Below, one piece after another: positions 36,623 through 46,942 of a stretch of 64,000 nucleotides of DNA; position 1 is the stretch's first letter, and each line of letters starts with the position of its first letter. A program made the position numbers and the translations under genes. Location of the stretch: the NCBI GenBank assembly GCA_043814605.1, contig JBDRJV010000035.1, positions 10,275 through 74,274 on the forward strand, given 5' to 3'. The notes below the pieces were generated by a model. It did not search any database. It saw only the letters and a program-made list of their open reading frames with translations, and was not told where the DNA came from. The stretch comes from Candidatus Omnitrophota bacterium (GTDB lineage: Bacteria > Omnitrophota > Gorgyraeia > B26-G9).

Positions 36623-38638
36623 TCAAGAATCAGTCTCTTCATCCTGATCTTGGGCTTGTCCTTCCTTATTACTGCCTTCTTCTTTGGGTAAGGTTTTTGA
36701 TACATAGGTACATTTCGGATATTTAGTACAGCCATAAAAACGCATGCCTCTTTTTGAGCAGCGGGCAACTATCTCTCCGTCACATCCAACATTGGGACAT
36801 TTAATCCCTAAAGATATTGACTTTGCAAACCGGCACTGCGGAAAACCCGAACAGCTTAAAAATTTACCCGCACGAGACCATTTAATTACCATGGGCCTGC
36901 CGCATTTCTGGCAAACTTCATCAGTTTCAATTACCTCTTTTTTTAGATTTTCCTGGGCAAATCCTATTTTTTTCTTAAAAGGGGTATAAAAATCTTTCAG
37001 CACAGAAACCCAATTAAGACTGCCTTCTTCAACTTTATCTAATTCTTCTTCCATCGCCGCGGTAAAGGCAATATTAATAATATTCGGGAAATATTCAACC
37101 AAAATATCACAGACTTTCATGCCTAATTCACTGCAAACTAAGTATCCCCTTTCGCGCCGAATATAATTACGGATGATTAAAGTATGAACAATCGGAGCAT
37201 ATGTACTGGGGCGGCCAATGCCTTTTTCTTCTAAAGCTTTAACCAAAGACGATTCTGAATAGCGCGCCGGAGGACGGGTAAAATGCTGGGTGGGAAGCAA
37301 TTTTATTAAATCAAGTTTTTCCCCTTCCTGTAATTGAGGCATTATTTTTTCTTTTTCATCTGTCTGCTCTTCATATACTTTCATAAATCCGTCAAAGACA
37401 AGGATTGATCCGCTGGCGGTAAATAAAAACCTTCCCGCAGTAATTTCAACACTGTTAGTACGATATAATGCCTGAGACATTTGACTCGCTAATGTCCTTT
37501 TCCAGATTAACTCGTATAATTTATACTGATCCTGAGTTAAATATTGTTGTATTCGTTCCGGAGTATGCAGAATAGATGTCGGCCTGATTGCTTCATGCGC
37601 TTCCTGTGCTGATTTTTTTGACTTATAAATATTCGGTTTAGCCGGCAGATAATCCGACCCAAAATTATTAACAATATATTTTCTTATTTGATCGAGTGCG
37701 GAATTAGCAATTTTTACTGAATCTGTACGCATATAGGTAATCAATCCAATCGGACCTTCTTCTCCTAATTCCAGCCCTTCGTATAACTGCTGGGCAATCA
37801 ACATTGTCTTACGCGTAGTAAATTTTAATTTATTAAAAGCATCTTGCTGCAATGTACTGGTAATAAAAGGAGCATAAGGACTGCGCTTTTTCTCTCTTTT
37901 CTTTAAAGCTGAAACAATATATTCTTGTTTCTTTAACTCTTTTATAATATTTTGCGATGATTCTTGATTTGCTAAATTTATTTTTTTTCCTTCAATTTTA
38001 ACAAGTTCCGCTTGAATAATTTCGGCACTTTCAATTTTTCTTTTAAGCTTTGCTTCAATTTTCCAATACTCTTCTGGTTTAAAATCCTGTATTTGCCTTT
38101 CTCTTTGGACAATAAGTTTTAAAGCTACAGACTGGACTCGCCCGGCACTTAATCCTTTGGCGACTTTTTTCCAAAGCAAAGGGCTTAAAAAATACCCCAC
38201 AATCCTATCTAACACTCTTCTTGCCTGCTGTGCATTTACTTTATTTACATCTACTTCTGCAGTATGTTCAAACGCTTCTTTTATTGCTTGCGGCGTAATT
38301 TCATGAAAAACAACACGTAAAAATTCCTTATTTTTCGTCTTATCCTGCAATTGTTCCCTCAAATGCCAGCTAATTGCTTCTCCTTCACGATCGTGGTCAG
38401 TTGCTAAATAAACAATTTCTGAATTCTTCACTTCTTTTTTTAACTGATTTAGAGTTTTTTTCTTACCGGGTATAACAACATAGGTAGGGGTAAAATCCTG
38501 GTCAACATCCACCCCGATTTTTCGGCGCGGCAAATCAATAATATGCCCCATAGAAGAATAAACAACAAAATCATTACCTAATATTCTGCCGATTGTTCTG
38601 GCTTTTGTCGGGGACTCAACAATAACAAGCTTTTTCAT
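36623..38638 (-). CDS. topA: DNA topoisomerase I
   Basis: Toprim N-terminus MKKLVIVESPTKARTIGRILG, an active-site Tyr region, and C-terminal C4 zinc ribbons (CQKCGRPM..C..C and CPNVGCDGE). Confidence 0.9.
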   Translation of the reverse strand: MKKLVIVESPTKARTIGRILGNDFVVYSSMGHIIDLPRRKIGVDVDQDFTPTYVVIPGKKKTLNQLKKEVKNSEIVYLATDHDREGEAISWHLREQLQDKTKNKEFLRVVFHEITPQAIKEAFEHTAEVDVNKVNAQQARRVLDRIVGYFLSPLLWKKVAKGLSAGRVQSVALKLIVQRERQIQDFKPEEYWKIEAKLKRKIESAEIIQAELVKIEGKKINLANQESSQNIIKELKKQEYIVSALKKREKKRSPYAPFITSTLQQDAFNKLKFTTRKTMLIAQQLYEGLELGEEGPIGLITYMRTDSVKIANSALDQIRKYIVNNFGSDYLPAKPNIYKSKKSAQEAHEAIRPTSILHTPERIQQYLTQDQYKLYELIWKRTLASQMSQALYRTNSVEITAGRFLFTASGSILVFDGFMKVYEEQTDEKEKIMPQLQEGEKLDLIKLLPTQHFTRPPARYSESSLVKALEEKGIGRPSTYAPIVHTLIIRNYIRRERGYLVCSELGMKVCDILVEYFPNIINIAFTAAMEEELDKVEEGSLNWVSVLKDFYTPFKKKIGFAQENLKKEVIETDEVCQKCGRPMVIKWSRAGKFLSCSGFPQCRFAKSISLGIKCPNVGCDGEIVARCSKRGMRFYGCTKYPKCTYVSKTLPKEEGSNKEGQAQDQDEETDS

Positions 38639-38882
38639 TAAATTCTATCCTCTTCTGTCTGCAATATTTTTAGTTATTTCTTAATTAAGGGGCATCCTCG
38701 AGCTTAATCTATCTTATTACTTTTTAATTAGTTATAAAATATTTAACAATCCAAATATGAATGCTCTATATTTTTCAGATATAATAACTTATTTAGTAGT
38801 TATAGTCAATAGATTAAAGGACTTTTAAGATTTATAATATTTTGATTATTTTCGTTAATAAGGAGTGTAAAAATCAAAAAAA

Positions 38883-41030
38883 CTATTGCCGTTTTATAAA
38901 ATTAATCTTGACTTCATTGCCTTCGGCTAGTTGAGTTGTAAATCCTCCCGGCTGGCCATTAACTTCAATCCGAATAATTCTTCCTTTTTGTTCGCTAAAA
39001 TTTATCGGCAAATACTCTAAAATTTGAGAAACAGTAGGTAAAATATTTTCTCCCGGGTAAGTATTAATTTCCGCCCGGTCAATAAGAAATTCATTTGGCT
39101 CTACTTTTTTGCCGTTCATAATTATTTTACCCGGGGGCCCGGCAATAGTGTGTTTTTGCCCGTTTAAATAAACGCTCACACAAGCTCCGCTAGAAGGAAT
39201 ATCCACAACATCTTTGACTCGGTAAAATACAGGTTTATCGCTTTTAAAATCAACCACATCTGCATTTACAAGGTTAGTATTTAAACTAGATTTTTGGCCG
39301 TTTACGAATAAAGCAAAATTGCTTTGTGAGAGAACCTTTGGTTCATTATTAACACTAATAACAATTTCTCTTTCTTCCAGATTGCTAGTATCAATACCCG
39401 CTATTGCCAAAACCTCTTTTACTTGAACAAAATTATTATATTTAATATCCGCCCGGTCAAATAATTGAGTATCAAGTTCCACAGGCAACCCATTCATCAA
39501 AATTTGAGGTTCTACTTTTACTTCCACCCCATTAACTAAAATAATTATTGAACTGGCGTCCACAACATCCTTAACTTTACCTTGCGCATCCTCACCGTCA
39601 CAGGCATCCAAAAAAGTAATTCTATCTTTGTTTTTAATTTTTGTTGTTAAATCTACTGCTTGATTATTTAATTCAATCTTAGCGGGTTTACCCATTTTCC
39701 CCTTTATAACTTTAAGTTTACCATTAACATTAACACAGAGCGCTCTGCCGATTTTCCCGTATAATTTCATTTCATCTACACCTGCGGCAACTAAAGCGCT
39801 TAAAACATCAATATTTTGGTGCATATCTAAGATATATACACGTTTATCATTAACATAAAGCTCCATAAACTTTAAGCCTTGGGAATCCGCGCTCATTAAA
39901 GAAATACCTAAAGGCGTCACCATGTCCGGACTATTAATTTTTCCGGTTTGGTCTTCAATCTTTTCAATCATTTGCGGCAGGCGAATACCAATATTTGTAC
40001 GCGGTAAATCAAAAGTACGGGAAAGTTCATCTTCTAAAAGCGGGGTTAAACTCCCGCCGCCGACTAAGACAATTGCATTCGGGGTTTTTTGATTATGTTT
40101 ATAAACACATTCGGCGATCGAATCGGCTAAAAGTCCGACACGTTTACGGATTTTTTCCATAATTTCTGCAGACTGCAATTCGTATTCCCGGCCTAATATA
40201 TCCTTAAATTTAACCTGGGGATGAGAAAGAATATTTTTCTTTACCGTTTCGGCTGTAGAAAAGTTCAAAATAAATTTTTCACAAATATGTTCGGTGATTT
40301 CATCGCCCGCTTCCGGCACCATACCGTAAGCAAAAACTGAACCATCACGGGTTAAAGCAATATCCGAAGTCCCGGCTCCAATATCCAATAATAATATATT
40401 TAAGTACCGGATATCTTCGGGGATAATGACATTTATTGCCGCAATGGGTTCAAGGGTTAAATTAACGATCTCTAGTTCTGCCCGATGTAAGACACTAAGC
40501 ATACTGTTAAAAACAACTCTCGGTAAAAAAGTTGCAATTACTTCTACGGATATTAAATTACCAAAATGTCCGACCAAACTGTTCATCATCGATTGATCAA
40601 GCTTATAGCCAATAACACTGTAGCCAACACAATAATAATCTCCCTGGCCAAAATCACAACGGGCATCTTCTAAAACACTGCTCACTGCCTCAAGCTCAAG
40701 ATTGCGTACTTGATCTTCACTGATTTCATCGTTTAAAGCAATCTTTTTTTCAATTTTAGCTTTTACCGTTTTTAAAGCCCGCCCGGCTACAGCAACTCCG
40801 ACATTTTTTAATTTTATATTCAGGCGCGATTCTAATCTTTGTTTAACTTCAATAACAACTCTTGCCACTTCTTTAATATTATGAATTTGTCCATCCAGCA
40901 TTGTCCGCAATTGATGTTCGATAACCTCTGTATCTAAAATTACCAGCTTATCCTCTGTTTTTTTGGCAACAATCCCCACAACTTTCCGGGTTCCAATATC
41001 TAAAGAAAAAACTATTTTTTTCTCTTCCAT
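38883..41030 (-). CDS. FtsA/PilM-family actin-like ATPase with a C-terminal extension of about 300 aa containing tandem VNG-motif repeats
   Basis: N-terminal FSLDIGTRKVVGIVA and a second phosphate loop LLLDIGAGTSDIAL. The C-terminus carries five roughly 60-aa segments each with (L/V)(V/N)NG and a D-x-I/V tail (ILVNGVEV, LFVNGQKS, VYLNGQKH, IIMNGKKV, IEVNGQPG). It is the last gene of the che operon. Confidence 0.5.
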   Translation of the reverse strand: MEEKKIVFSLDIGTRKVVGIVAKKTEDKLVILDTEVIEHQLRTMLDGQIHNIKEVARVVIEVKQRLESRLNIKLKNVGVAVAGRALKTVKAKIEKKIALNDEISEDQVRNLELEAVSSVLEDARCDFGQGDYYCVGYSVIGYKLDQSMMNSLVGHFGNLISVEVIATFLPRVVFNSMLSVLHRAELEIVNLTLEPIAAINVIIPEDIRYLNILLLDIGAGTSDIALTRDGSVFAYGMVPEAGDEITEHICEKFILNFSTAETVKKNILSHPQVKFKDILGREYELQSAEIMEKIRKRVGLLADSIAECVYKHNQKTPNAIVLVGGGSLTPLLEDELSRTFDLPRTNIGIRLPQMIEKIEDQTGKINSPDMVTPLGISLMSADSQGLKFMELYVNDKRVYILDMHQNIDVLSALVAAGVDEMKLYGKIGRALCVNVNGKLKVIKGKMGKPAKIELNNQAVDLTTKIKNKDRITFLDACDGEDAQGKVKDVVDASSIIILVNGVEVKVEPQILMNGLPVELDTQLFDRADIKYNNFVQVKEVLAIAGIDTSNLEEREIVISVNNEPKVLSQSNFALFVNGQKSSLNTNLVNADVVDFKSDKPVFYRVKDVVDIPSSGACVSVYLNGQKHTIAGPPGKIIMNGKKVEPNEFLIDRAEINTYPGENILPTVSQILEYLPINFSEQKGRIIRIEVNGQPGGFTTQLAEGNEVKINFIKRQ

Positions 41031-41049
41031 GGTTACGATCCTTTATTCT

Positions 41050-41658
41050 TTATACACCTAAAGACGAAAGCACAATTTTTAAAGCTTCTGGTTTTGGTAA
41101 AAACAATTGTGAACATTCTAATTTTGTGTTGGAAATTAAAAGCTCAACATCAATCATAAAAACTTCATCTGCAACTTGGCCGATTTCTGCTAAAATAGCG
41201 TCCAGCATAGCACCCAGCATATCACAAGCTATCGCCGGGACAGTGGCAATTGAATTTATACCCACAAGCTGGCTTAAAGCACTCAAATACGATCCGCAAA
41301 TAATCGACCCTACTTCTTTTAATGCGGAGGATGCGATTTCTGAATGCATATCAAGCTCTTTATTATCTAAAAGCTTGTCTACTAAAAATTCCGCACTTTC
41401 CGGAGCAAAAATTGTTAACATTGTGCCTTCCAACTCACGAATAACTTGTAAAAATACCACATAAACAATCTTATCCGCTCCCCCTAAAAATTCCGGCACT
41501 GCCTCTAATGGCAAGACTTTAACCGCCGGGACAATCATTTCTACAGAATCAGTAATTAATTGAGAAAGCGCTGTTGCTGCATTACCCGCTCCGATACTTC
41601 CCATTTCCCGTAACGCATCCATTTGAGAATCAGTTAAATCTGCCATTTTCCCCTCCAT
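41050..41658 (-). CDS. cheC: CheC-family chemotaxis phosphatase
   Basis: Two E..N..G.A-type repeats (LREMGSIGAGNAATAL, LKEVGSIICGSYLSAL). Confidence 0.8.
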   Translation of the reverse strand: MEGKMADLTDSQMDALREMGSIGAGNAATALSQLITDSVEMIVPAVKVLPLEAVPEFLGGADKIVYVVFLQVIRELEGTMLTIFAPESAEFLVDKLLDNKELDMHSEIASSALKEVGSIICGSYLSALSQLVGINSIATVPAIACDMLGAMLDAILAEIGQVADEVFMIDVELLISNTKLECSQLFLPKPEALKIVLSSLGV

Positions 41659-41731
41659 TTTAAAATACTAAAAATTAGTATTTTAAAACATTTCTCCCGC
41701 ACATAATTCATGTATTTTTCTTGTTGGTCAA

Positions 41732-43735
41732 TTATCCCACTAAAGTTCCTACATCCAGGATTAAAGCAACCTTTCCGTCCCCCAAGATTGTCGCCCCGGC
41801 AAAACCTTTAATACTTTTGAGCAGTTTACCTATTGACTTTATCACCACTTCCTGCTGTCCGATAACTGTATCAATTACCAGCCCAATTTTTTTTGCCGAA
41901 CGTTCGACAACAACAATGGATACTCCTTTATCTTTATTCTGGTCTTTTCCCGCTTCTTCTGAATCCTGCGTTCCTAAAATATGCCTTAAGCGGACTAAAG
42001 GTAATACTTCATTTCTCAAATTAATTACTTCAAGTTTCTCAATAAATTTTATTTTTTGCGTACTCACTTTAACTGTTTCCGCAATATTTGAAATCGGAAT
42101 TGCATATATTTCCTTGCCGACTTTCACCAGCATCGCCCGAATGATTGCGACCGTCAACGGTAATAATAGCTTGAAGCTGCTGCGCTTGCCTACTTCCGAC
42201 TCAAAACTCAGCATGCCGCCTAAAGATTCTACTTTCATTTTTACCACATCCATGCCCACACCGCGTCCAGAGATATCCGTAACCTTTGCCGCGGAACTAA
42301 AACCCGGCAATGTGATAAAATTTAATACTTCATGATCACTTAATTTACTGATTTCTTCCTTAGTAAAAAATTTTTTCTCCAGAGCAATTTTTCTTAAAAT
42401 TTTAGGGTCAATCCCCCGGCCATCATCAGAAACTTTAATTAATGCATATGTCCTTTGCCGGCATGCAGTCAAACTTATTACTCCGATCGGATTTTTACCT
42501 AAACTTTTTCGTTCACTCGGAGTTTCTATCCCGTGATCAATACTATTGCGTAAAAGATGCACTAAAGGGTCGGCAATTTCATCCAGGACAGTACGATCTA
42601 ACTCTATTTCCCCTCCACTAATTTCAAGATCAATTTGTTTATTTCTTTCCCGGGCCAAATCTCGAACCATACGCGGGAACCGGTCAAAAACCTGCGACAT
42701 AGGAATAAGCCGGGCTTGCATTACTTCATCCTGTAAATCACTGGTCAAGCGGTCAATTTGGGTAAGAACCTCATGTAACTCCGGAATTTCTTGTGCCTGG
42801 CCAATCTGCATTAAACGTATTTTGGAAATAACCAATTCTCCGACAAAATTCATCAGTTTATCCAGCCTTTGTGTACTCACACGAATGCTCTGAATTTTTT
42901 TAAACCCGGCAGATTGAATTGCGGTTTTTGAAATTGCTTGCTTTTGTTTTAGTTTTTCTTCTTGCATTTGTGATTGATCATTATCCGCTGCATCAATATT
43001 TTCCGTTTGACTGATCACAATACGTTCAACATCAATAATATTTTTCAAAACTGATTCAATTTTTTTATCAGTTTCAAAGGTAAGAAAGAGCAACGAAAAC
43101 ATCTTATCAAAATTATTTGACTCAAGGGCTTCAATCGTAGGAGCGGATTTAATTACCTCTCCCATCTTGTCCAAGATATTAAAAACCATAAAAACACGCA
43201 CAGACTTCAGCTGGCAATCATCTGTCAAATATATATCAATTGTGTAGACTTTAAATTTATGCTCAATTACAAGCTTATTTATGTTCTTTTTTTCTAATTC
43301 TGTTAAATCAATTATTGTATTTTTTTCGGTAAGCTGAGCATTTTCAGTTTGCCAATCAGAAGAAATGATCTCTTCCAATGCCTCAACCATCTGCTCCACG
43401 TTAACATTTAGATTTTTTTCTGTTTTAACTTCCTCAAGCAGCACTTCTAACATATCTAAACATTTAAATAAAATATCGATTATTTTAACTGTAACAATTT
43501 TTTTTTGCGTTCTAAAAATATCTAAGACATCTTCCATTTTATGGGTTAACTTCGTTAATGCTTCAAACCCCATTGTGGCGGACATCCCTTTCAGCGTATG
43601 GGCACTGCGAAAGATTTCATTTAAAATTTTTAAGTTATCCGGTTTTTTTTCCAGTTCTAAGATTGCATTATTAAGTAACTGTAAATGCTCTTCTGATTCT
43701 GTAATAAATAAATTTTTATATTGCTCTAACCCCAT
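41732..43735 (-). CDS. cheA: Chemotaxis histidine kinase CheA
   Basis: Hpt HTLKGMSATMGF, H-box/HATPase (GRGVGMDVV), and a C-terminal CheW-like domain. Confidence 0.95.
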   Translation of the reverse strand: MGLEQYKNLFITESEEHLQLLNNAILELEKKPDNLKILNEIFRSAHTLKGMSATMGFEALTKLTHKMEDVLDIFRTQKKIVTVKIIDILFKCLDMLEVLLEEVKTEKNLNVNVEQMVEALEEIISSDWQTENAQLTEKNTIIDLTELEKKNINKLVIEHKFKVYTIDIYLTDDCQLKSVRVFMVFNILDKMGEVIKSAPTIEALESNNFDKMFSLLFLTFETDKKIESVLKNIIDVERIVISQTENIDAADNDQSQMQEEKLKQKQAISKTAIQSAGFKKIQSIRVSTQRLDKLMNFVGELVISKIRLMQIGQAQEIPELHEVLTQIDRLTSDLQDEVMQARLIPMSQVFDRFPRMVRDLARERNKQIDLEISGGEIELDRTVLDEIADPLVHLLRNSIDHGIETPSERKSLGKNPIGVISLTACRQRTYALIKVSDDGRGIDPKILRKIALEKKFFTKEEISKLSDHEVLNFITLPGFSSAAKVTDISGRGVGMDVVKMKVESLGGMLSFESEVGKRSSFKLLLPLTVAIIRAMLVKVGKEIYAIPISNIAETVKVSTQKIKFIEKLEVINLRNEVLPLVRLRHILGTQDSEEAGKDQNKDKGVSIVVVERSAKKIGLVIDTVIGQQEVVIKSIGKLLKSIKGFAGATILGDGKVALILDVGTLVG

Positions 43736-43748
43736 AACATAAGTCCTT

Positions 43749-44795
43749 TTATGCTTTAGTACACTTTATTATCTCAAATCCCAGATGAGATAATGGCACT
43801 ATTTTATCAACAATCCCTTCTTTTATCGCTACACGCGGCATACCAAAAACTACGCAAGAATCCTTATCTTGAGCTAAAGTAATTCCGCCGGCATTTTTAA
43901 TGCTCCGCATTCCTTCTACCCCGTCTTGCCCCATTCCGGTAAGCAAAACTCCGATGCTTCTTTCTTTAAAATGCTTTGCCACAGAATCCATTAAAACGGT
44001 CACGGAAGGACGGATATTATTAACCTTAGGATCCTGATTTAAACGAATTATTGCCTGATAATTTTCCACATCCACTCTCATATGGTAATCTCCCGGCGCA
44101 ATATAACCGCATCCTGGTTGAATAATATCACCGTCTTCGGCTTCTTTAACTTTTATCTCCGAAGCCCAATTTATCCGGGAAGCAAATGAGCGTGTAAATT
44201 CAGGCGGCATATGCTGTACAATTAAAATTGCCGCCGGAATATCCCGCGGAAAATAAGAAACTATTTCTTTTATTGCCTTGGGTCCGCCGGTTGATGCGCC
44301 AATTACAACAATTTTTTTTAAATCTAATAATACCTTGTTGCCCGGATTAACTGTTCTTTGCTGTGTAATTTTACCCAGAACAGATTTAACCATTTTAATA
44401 TCAACCCGGCTGGCCAGTTTAATTTTTCTGATTATTTCTTCTGCTCTCTCCTTAAGATCACCAGAAATTTCACCGCCCGGTTTTGCCATCACTTCAATCG
44501 CACCTAATTCTAATGCCTTTATTGCATTTTTATTATTCGGCCCAACATTTGCACTAAGAATTACAACTGGTGTAGGTATTTCGTGCATAATATAAGTCAA
44601 CACGGTCAACCCATCAATATCCGGCATTTCAATATCTAATGTGATAACATCCGGTTTTAATTGAACAATTTTTTTGATTGCCTCAGCCCCGGTTTTTGCA
44701 TAATCAATAACTTCAATCTCTTCATCTGAATTGAGGATGTCGGTCACGGTTCTGCGGATTAATGCAGAATCATCCACAACAAGAACTCGGATCAT
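43749..44795 (-). CDS. cheB: Chemotaxis response regulator protein-glutamate methylesterase CheB
   Basis: REC domain MIRVLVVDDSALIRR and methylesterase GASTGGPKAI. ATGA overlap with cheD. Confidence 0.95.
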   Translation of the reverse strand: MIRVLVVDDSALIRRTVTDILNSDEEIEVIDYAKTGAEAIKKIVQLKPDVITLDIEMPDIDGLTVLTYIMHEIPTPVVILSANVGPNNKNAIKALELGAIEVMAKPGGEISGDLKERAEEIIRKIKLASRVDIKMVKSVLGKITQQRTVNPGNKVLLDLKKIVVIGASTGGPKAIKEIVSYFPRDIPAAILIVQHMPPEFTRSFASRINWASEIKVKEAEDGDIIQPGCGYIAPGDYHMRVDVENYQAIIRLNQDPKVNNIRPSVTVLMDSVAKHFKERSIGVLLTGMGQDGVEGMRSIKNAGGITLAQDKDSCVVFGMPRVAIKEGIVDKIVPLSHLGFEIIKCTKA

Positions 44796-45292
44796 ATAAT
44801 TCTTTCTCCGTGCGCAATAGTTCTAACGGTAACATCTCCTGTTTCGGTATTAAAATACATCGAACGGCCGTGATCACCCCCGGTATCTTCCGCAATCAAA
44901 CGAATATGTAATTGCTGCAATACTTCTTTCACTTTCGCCACATTGCGTTCTCCCACGTTAAAAACTTTATTCGTTGCAGGAAAATTAAACATATGGGCAC
45001 CGCCCATAATTTTAGCTCTTATTAATTTGCGGTTAGCGCCCATTTTCTCCATTTTATCAATCATGTCCGGTATTGCCGTATTGGCAAATTTAGCGCGGTT
45101 AGAATTATTTTGTACCAAATTACTATCCGGCAGCATGATATGGGATAAGCCGCCAATTTTTAATACAGCAAAATATAAAGCAATCCCTACGCAGGAACCG
45201 ATTCCTAAAGAGGAAAGAATCGCCGGTGCTTTGGCAACTTTCAGATCAGCCATTCCTACATGAATTTCTTGTTCAGTCATTTTCCACTCCAA
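44792..45292 (-). CDS. cheD: Chemoreceptor glutamine deamidase CheD
   Basis: LGIGSCVGIALY and GGAHMF motifs. Confidence 0.9.
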   Translation of the reverse strand: MEWKMTEQEIHVGMADLKVAKAPAILSSLGIGSCVGIALYFAVLKIGGLSHIMLPDSNLVQNNSNRAKFANTAIPDMIDKMEKMGANRKLIRAKIMGGAHMFNFPATNKVFNVGERNVAKVKEVLQQLHIRLIAEDTGGDHGRSMYFNTETGDVTVRTIAHGERII

Positions 45293-45893
45293 TTGCTTTT
45301 AAAATTGCTTCTAAACTTCCCGGGTTAGGTAATAAGAAAAAATGCCCTTTTACACTTTTCCCCTCTTCCATAAATTGAGAATCAATTAATAATGCATATT
45401 CTGTAACAGAAGAAAGTTCAATTAAAATATAATCAACTAAAGCTCCGGCCATATCAATCACAATCCCCGGAGCAGAAGGGACAAGTCCTAATTTAGTAAA
45501 TTGGGAAAGAGTATTTAAATAAGCCGCAGTTAGAATACTGCCGGCTTCTTTTATGGCGGATTCATCCAAGGGCGTAAAAATTCCTGTTGTATTTTTTTCC
45601 TGCGTCAGAATAGATGCGAGGATATGAGCATCCTCGCGGGGGAATAATAACATTATAAATCCCGGGGCATTACCAAAAACTTGAAACATAACCCCAACAA
45701 CTGAGACATCTGCACCGCCGACAATTTCCGGAACATTTCTCACTTTATCTAAATGAATTTGCGGAACATTCATTTGAATTTTTTTATTCATAAGCTGTGA
45801 AAGCGCCGTTGCGGCATTGCCCGCACAAATATTGGCGATTTCTTTTAAAATATCTTTTTGCTGGTCATTTAAAGTTTGTAATTTATTTAGCAA
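45273..45893 (-). CDS. CheC/CheX-family chemotaxis phosphatase (second paralogue)
   Basis: ILKEIANICAGNAATALSQL and IKEAGSILTAAYLNTLSQ repeats. Confidence 0.75.
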   Translation of the reverse strand: MLNKLQTLNDQQKDILKEIANICAGNAATALSQLMNKKIQMNVPQIHLDKVRNVPEIVGGADVSVVGVMFQVFGNAPGFIMLLFPREDAHILASILTQEKNTTGIFTPLDESAIKEAGSILTAAYLNTLSQFTKLGLVPSAPGIVIDMAGALVDYILIELSSVTEYALLIDSQFMEEGKSVKGHFFLLPNPGSLEAILKAIGVEND

Positions 45894-45957
45894 ATTCTAA
45901 CTCCCTTTAAAATAAATAAATTTTTAATTTTAAAATTATAAAATTATACATCCCGGA

Positions 45958-46332
45958 TTAGCTTTCTAAAACACGTTTTGCCGCTTCTAATACACGGGAA
46001 GGCTGAAAAGGTTTAGTCACAAAATCTTTTGCTCCTGCCTGAATCGCTTCCACAACTAAAGCATGCTGACCCATCGCACTAACCATAAGAATTTTTGCTC
46101 GGGAATCTTTCCCCATTATTTGCTTAACCGCTCCGATGCCATCAATATCGCCGACTTTGGGCATGACAATATCCATAGTGACCAATTCCGGATTAAGTTC
46201 CGTATATTTATCTACGGCTTCTTTCCCGTTTTCCGCTTCGCCGATAATTTCATATCCTTCTTTTTTCAGGATATCTCCGATCATTTTGCGCATGAACACA
46301 GCATCATCGACTACCAAAACTTTTACTCCCAT
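45958..46332 (-). CDS. cheY: Chemotaxis response regulator CheY
   Basis: 124-aa REC domain, KVLVVDDAVFMRKMIGDIL, with the conserved Asp and Lys positions. Confidence 0.9.
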   Translation of the reverse strand: MGVKVLVVDDAVFMRKMIGDILKKEGYEIIGEAENGKEAVDKYTELNPELVTMDIVMPKVGDIDGIGAVKQIMGKDSRAKILMVSAMGQHALVVEAIQAGAKDFVTKPFQPSRVLEAAKRVLES

Positions 46333-46355
46333 ATCTCCGCCCCTTTCTTTCTAAT

Positions 46356-46868
46356 TTAATTCTCTTTTTGTTCTGTATTTTGACCAATTATCTCAGCTTG
46401 TTTATGAATATGATGCAGCTCTTCTTTACTCAACACAGCATTTAAATCAAGCAGGATTAATAACCTGTCTTTTATTTTACCTACGCCTCTTAAATAACGC
46501 TCCTGCACTTCTGTATTAATCAACGAAGGAGTGTCTTCGATATCATCCGCGGAAAGTCTGATTACTTCAGATACAGAATCAACAATCATTCCCACCGTAC
46601 TATCGCCGACTTCGACGACCATGATCCGGGTTGAATCTGTTTTTCCCATTGAGGGTAAATCTAATCTGCAAGCCAAATCAATTACCGTAATAATCTGACC
46701 TCTTAAATTTACAACTCCCTCGATAAATTTCGGAGCTTTGGGCATGCGGGTAATTGCAATCATCTTTACGATCTCACGCACCTGGTTTATTTCTACGCCA
46801 AATTCTTCTTCGCCAATATTAAAGACAACCAGCTGTTTTTCTTGTGCAAATTTTTCTGCCCCAGCCAT
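46356..46868 (-). CDS. cheW: Chemotaxis coupling protein CheW
   Basis: EEEFGVEINQVREIV..GVVNLRGQIITVIDLACRL. Confidence 0.9.
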   Translation of the reverse strand: MAGAEKFAQEKQLVVFNIGEEEFGVEINQVREIVKMIAITRMPKAPKFIEGVVNLRGQIITVIDLACRLDLPSMGKTDSTRIMVVEVGDSTVGMIVDSVSEVIRLSADDIEDTPSLINTEVQERYLRGVGKIKDRLLILLDLNAVLSKEELHHIHKQAEIIGQNTEQKEN

Positions 46869-46942
46869 TTTATTGCCTCCTTCTAAAAAATGATGAATAT
46901 TAAAATCTTTACTTTCTGAGATTAATCAGTTTTATTCCCCGT

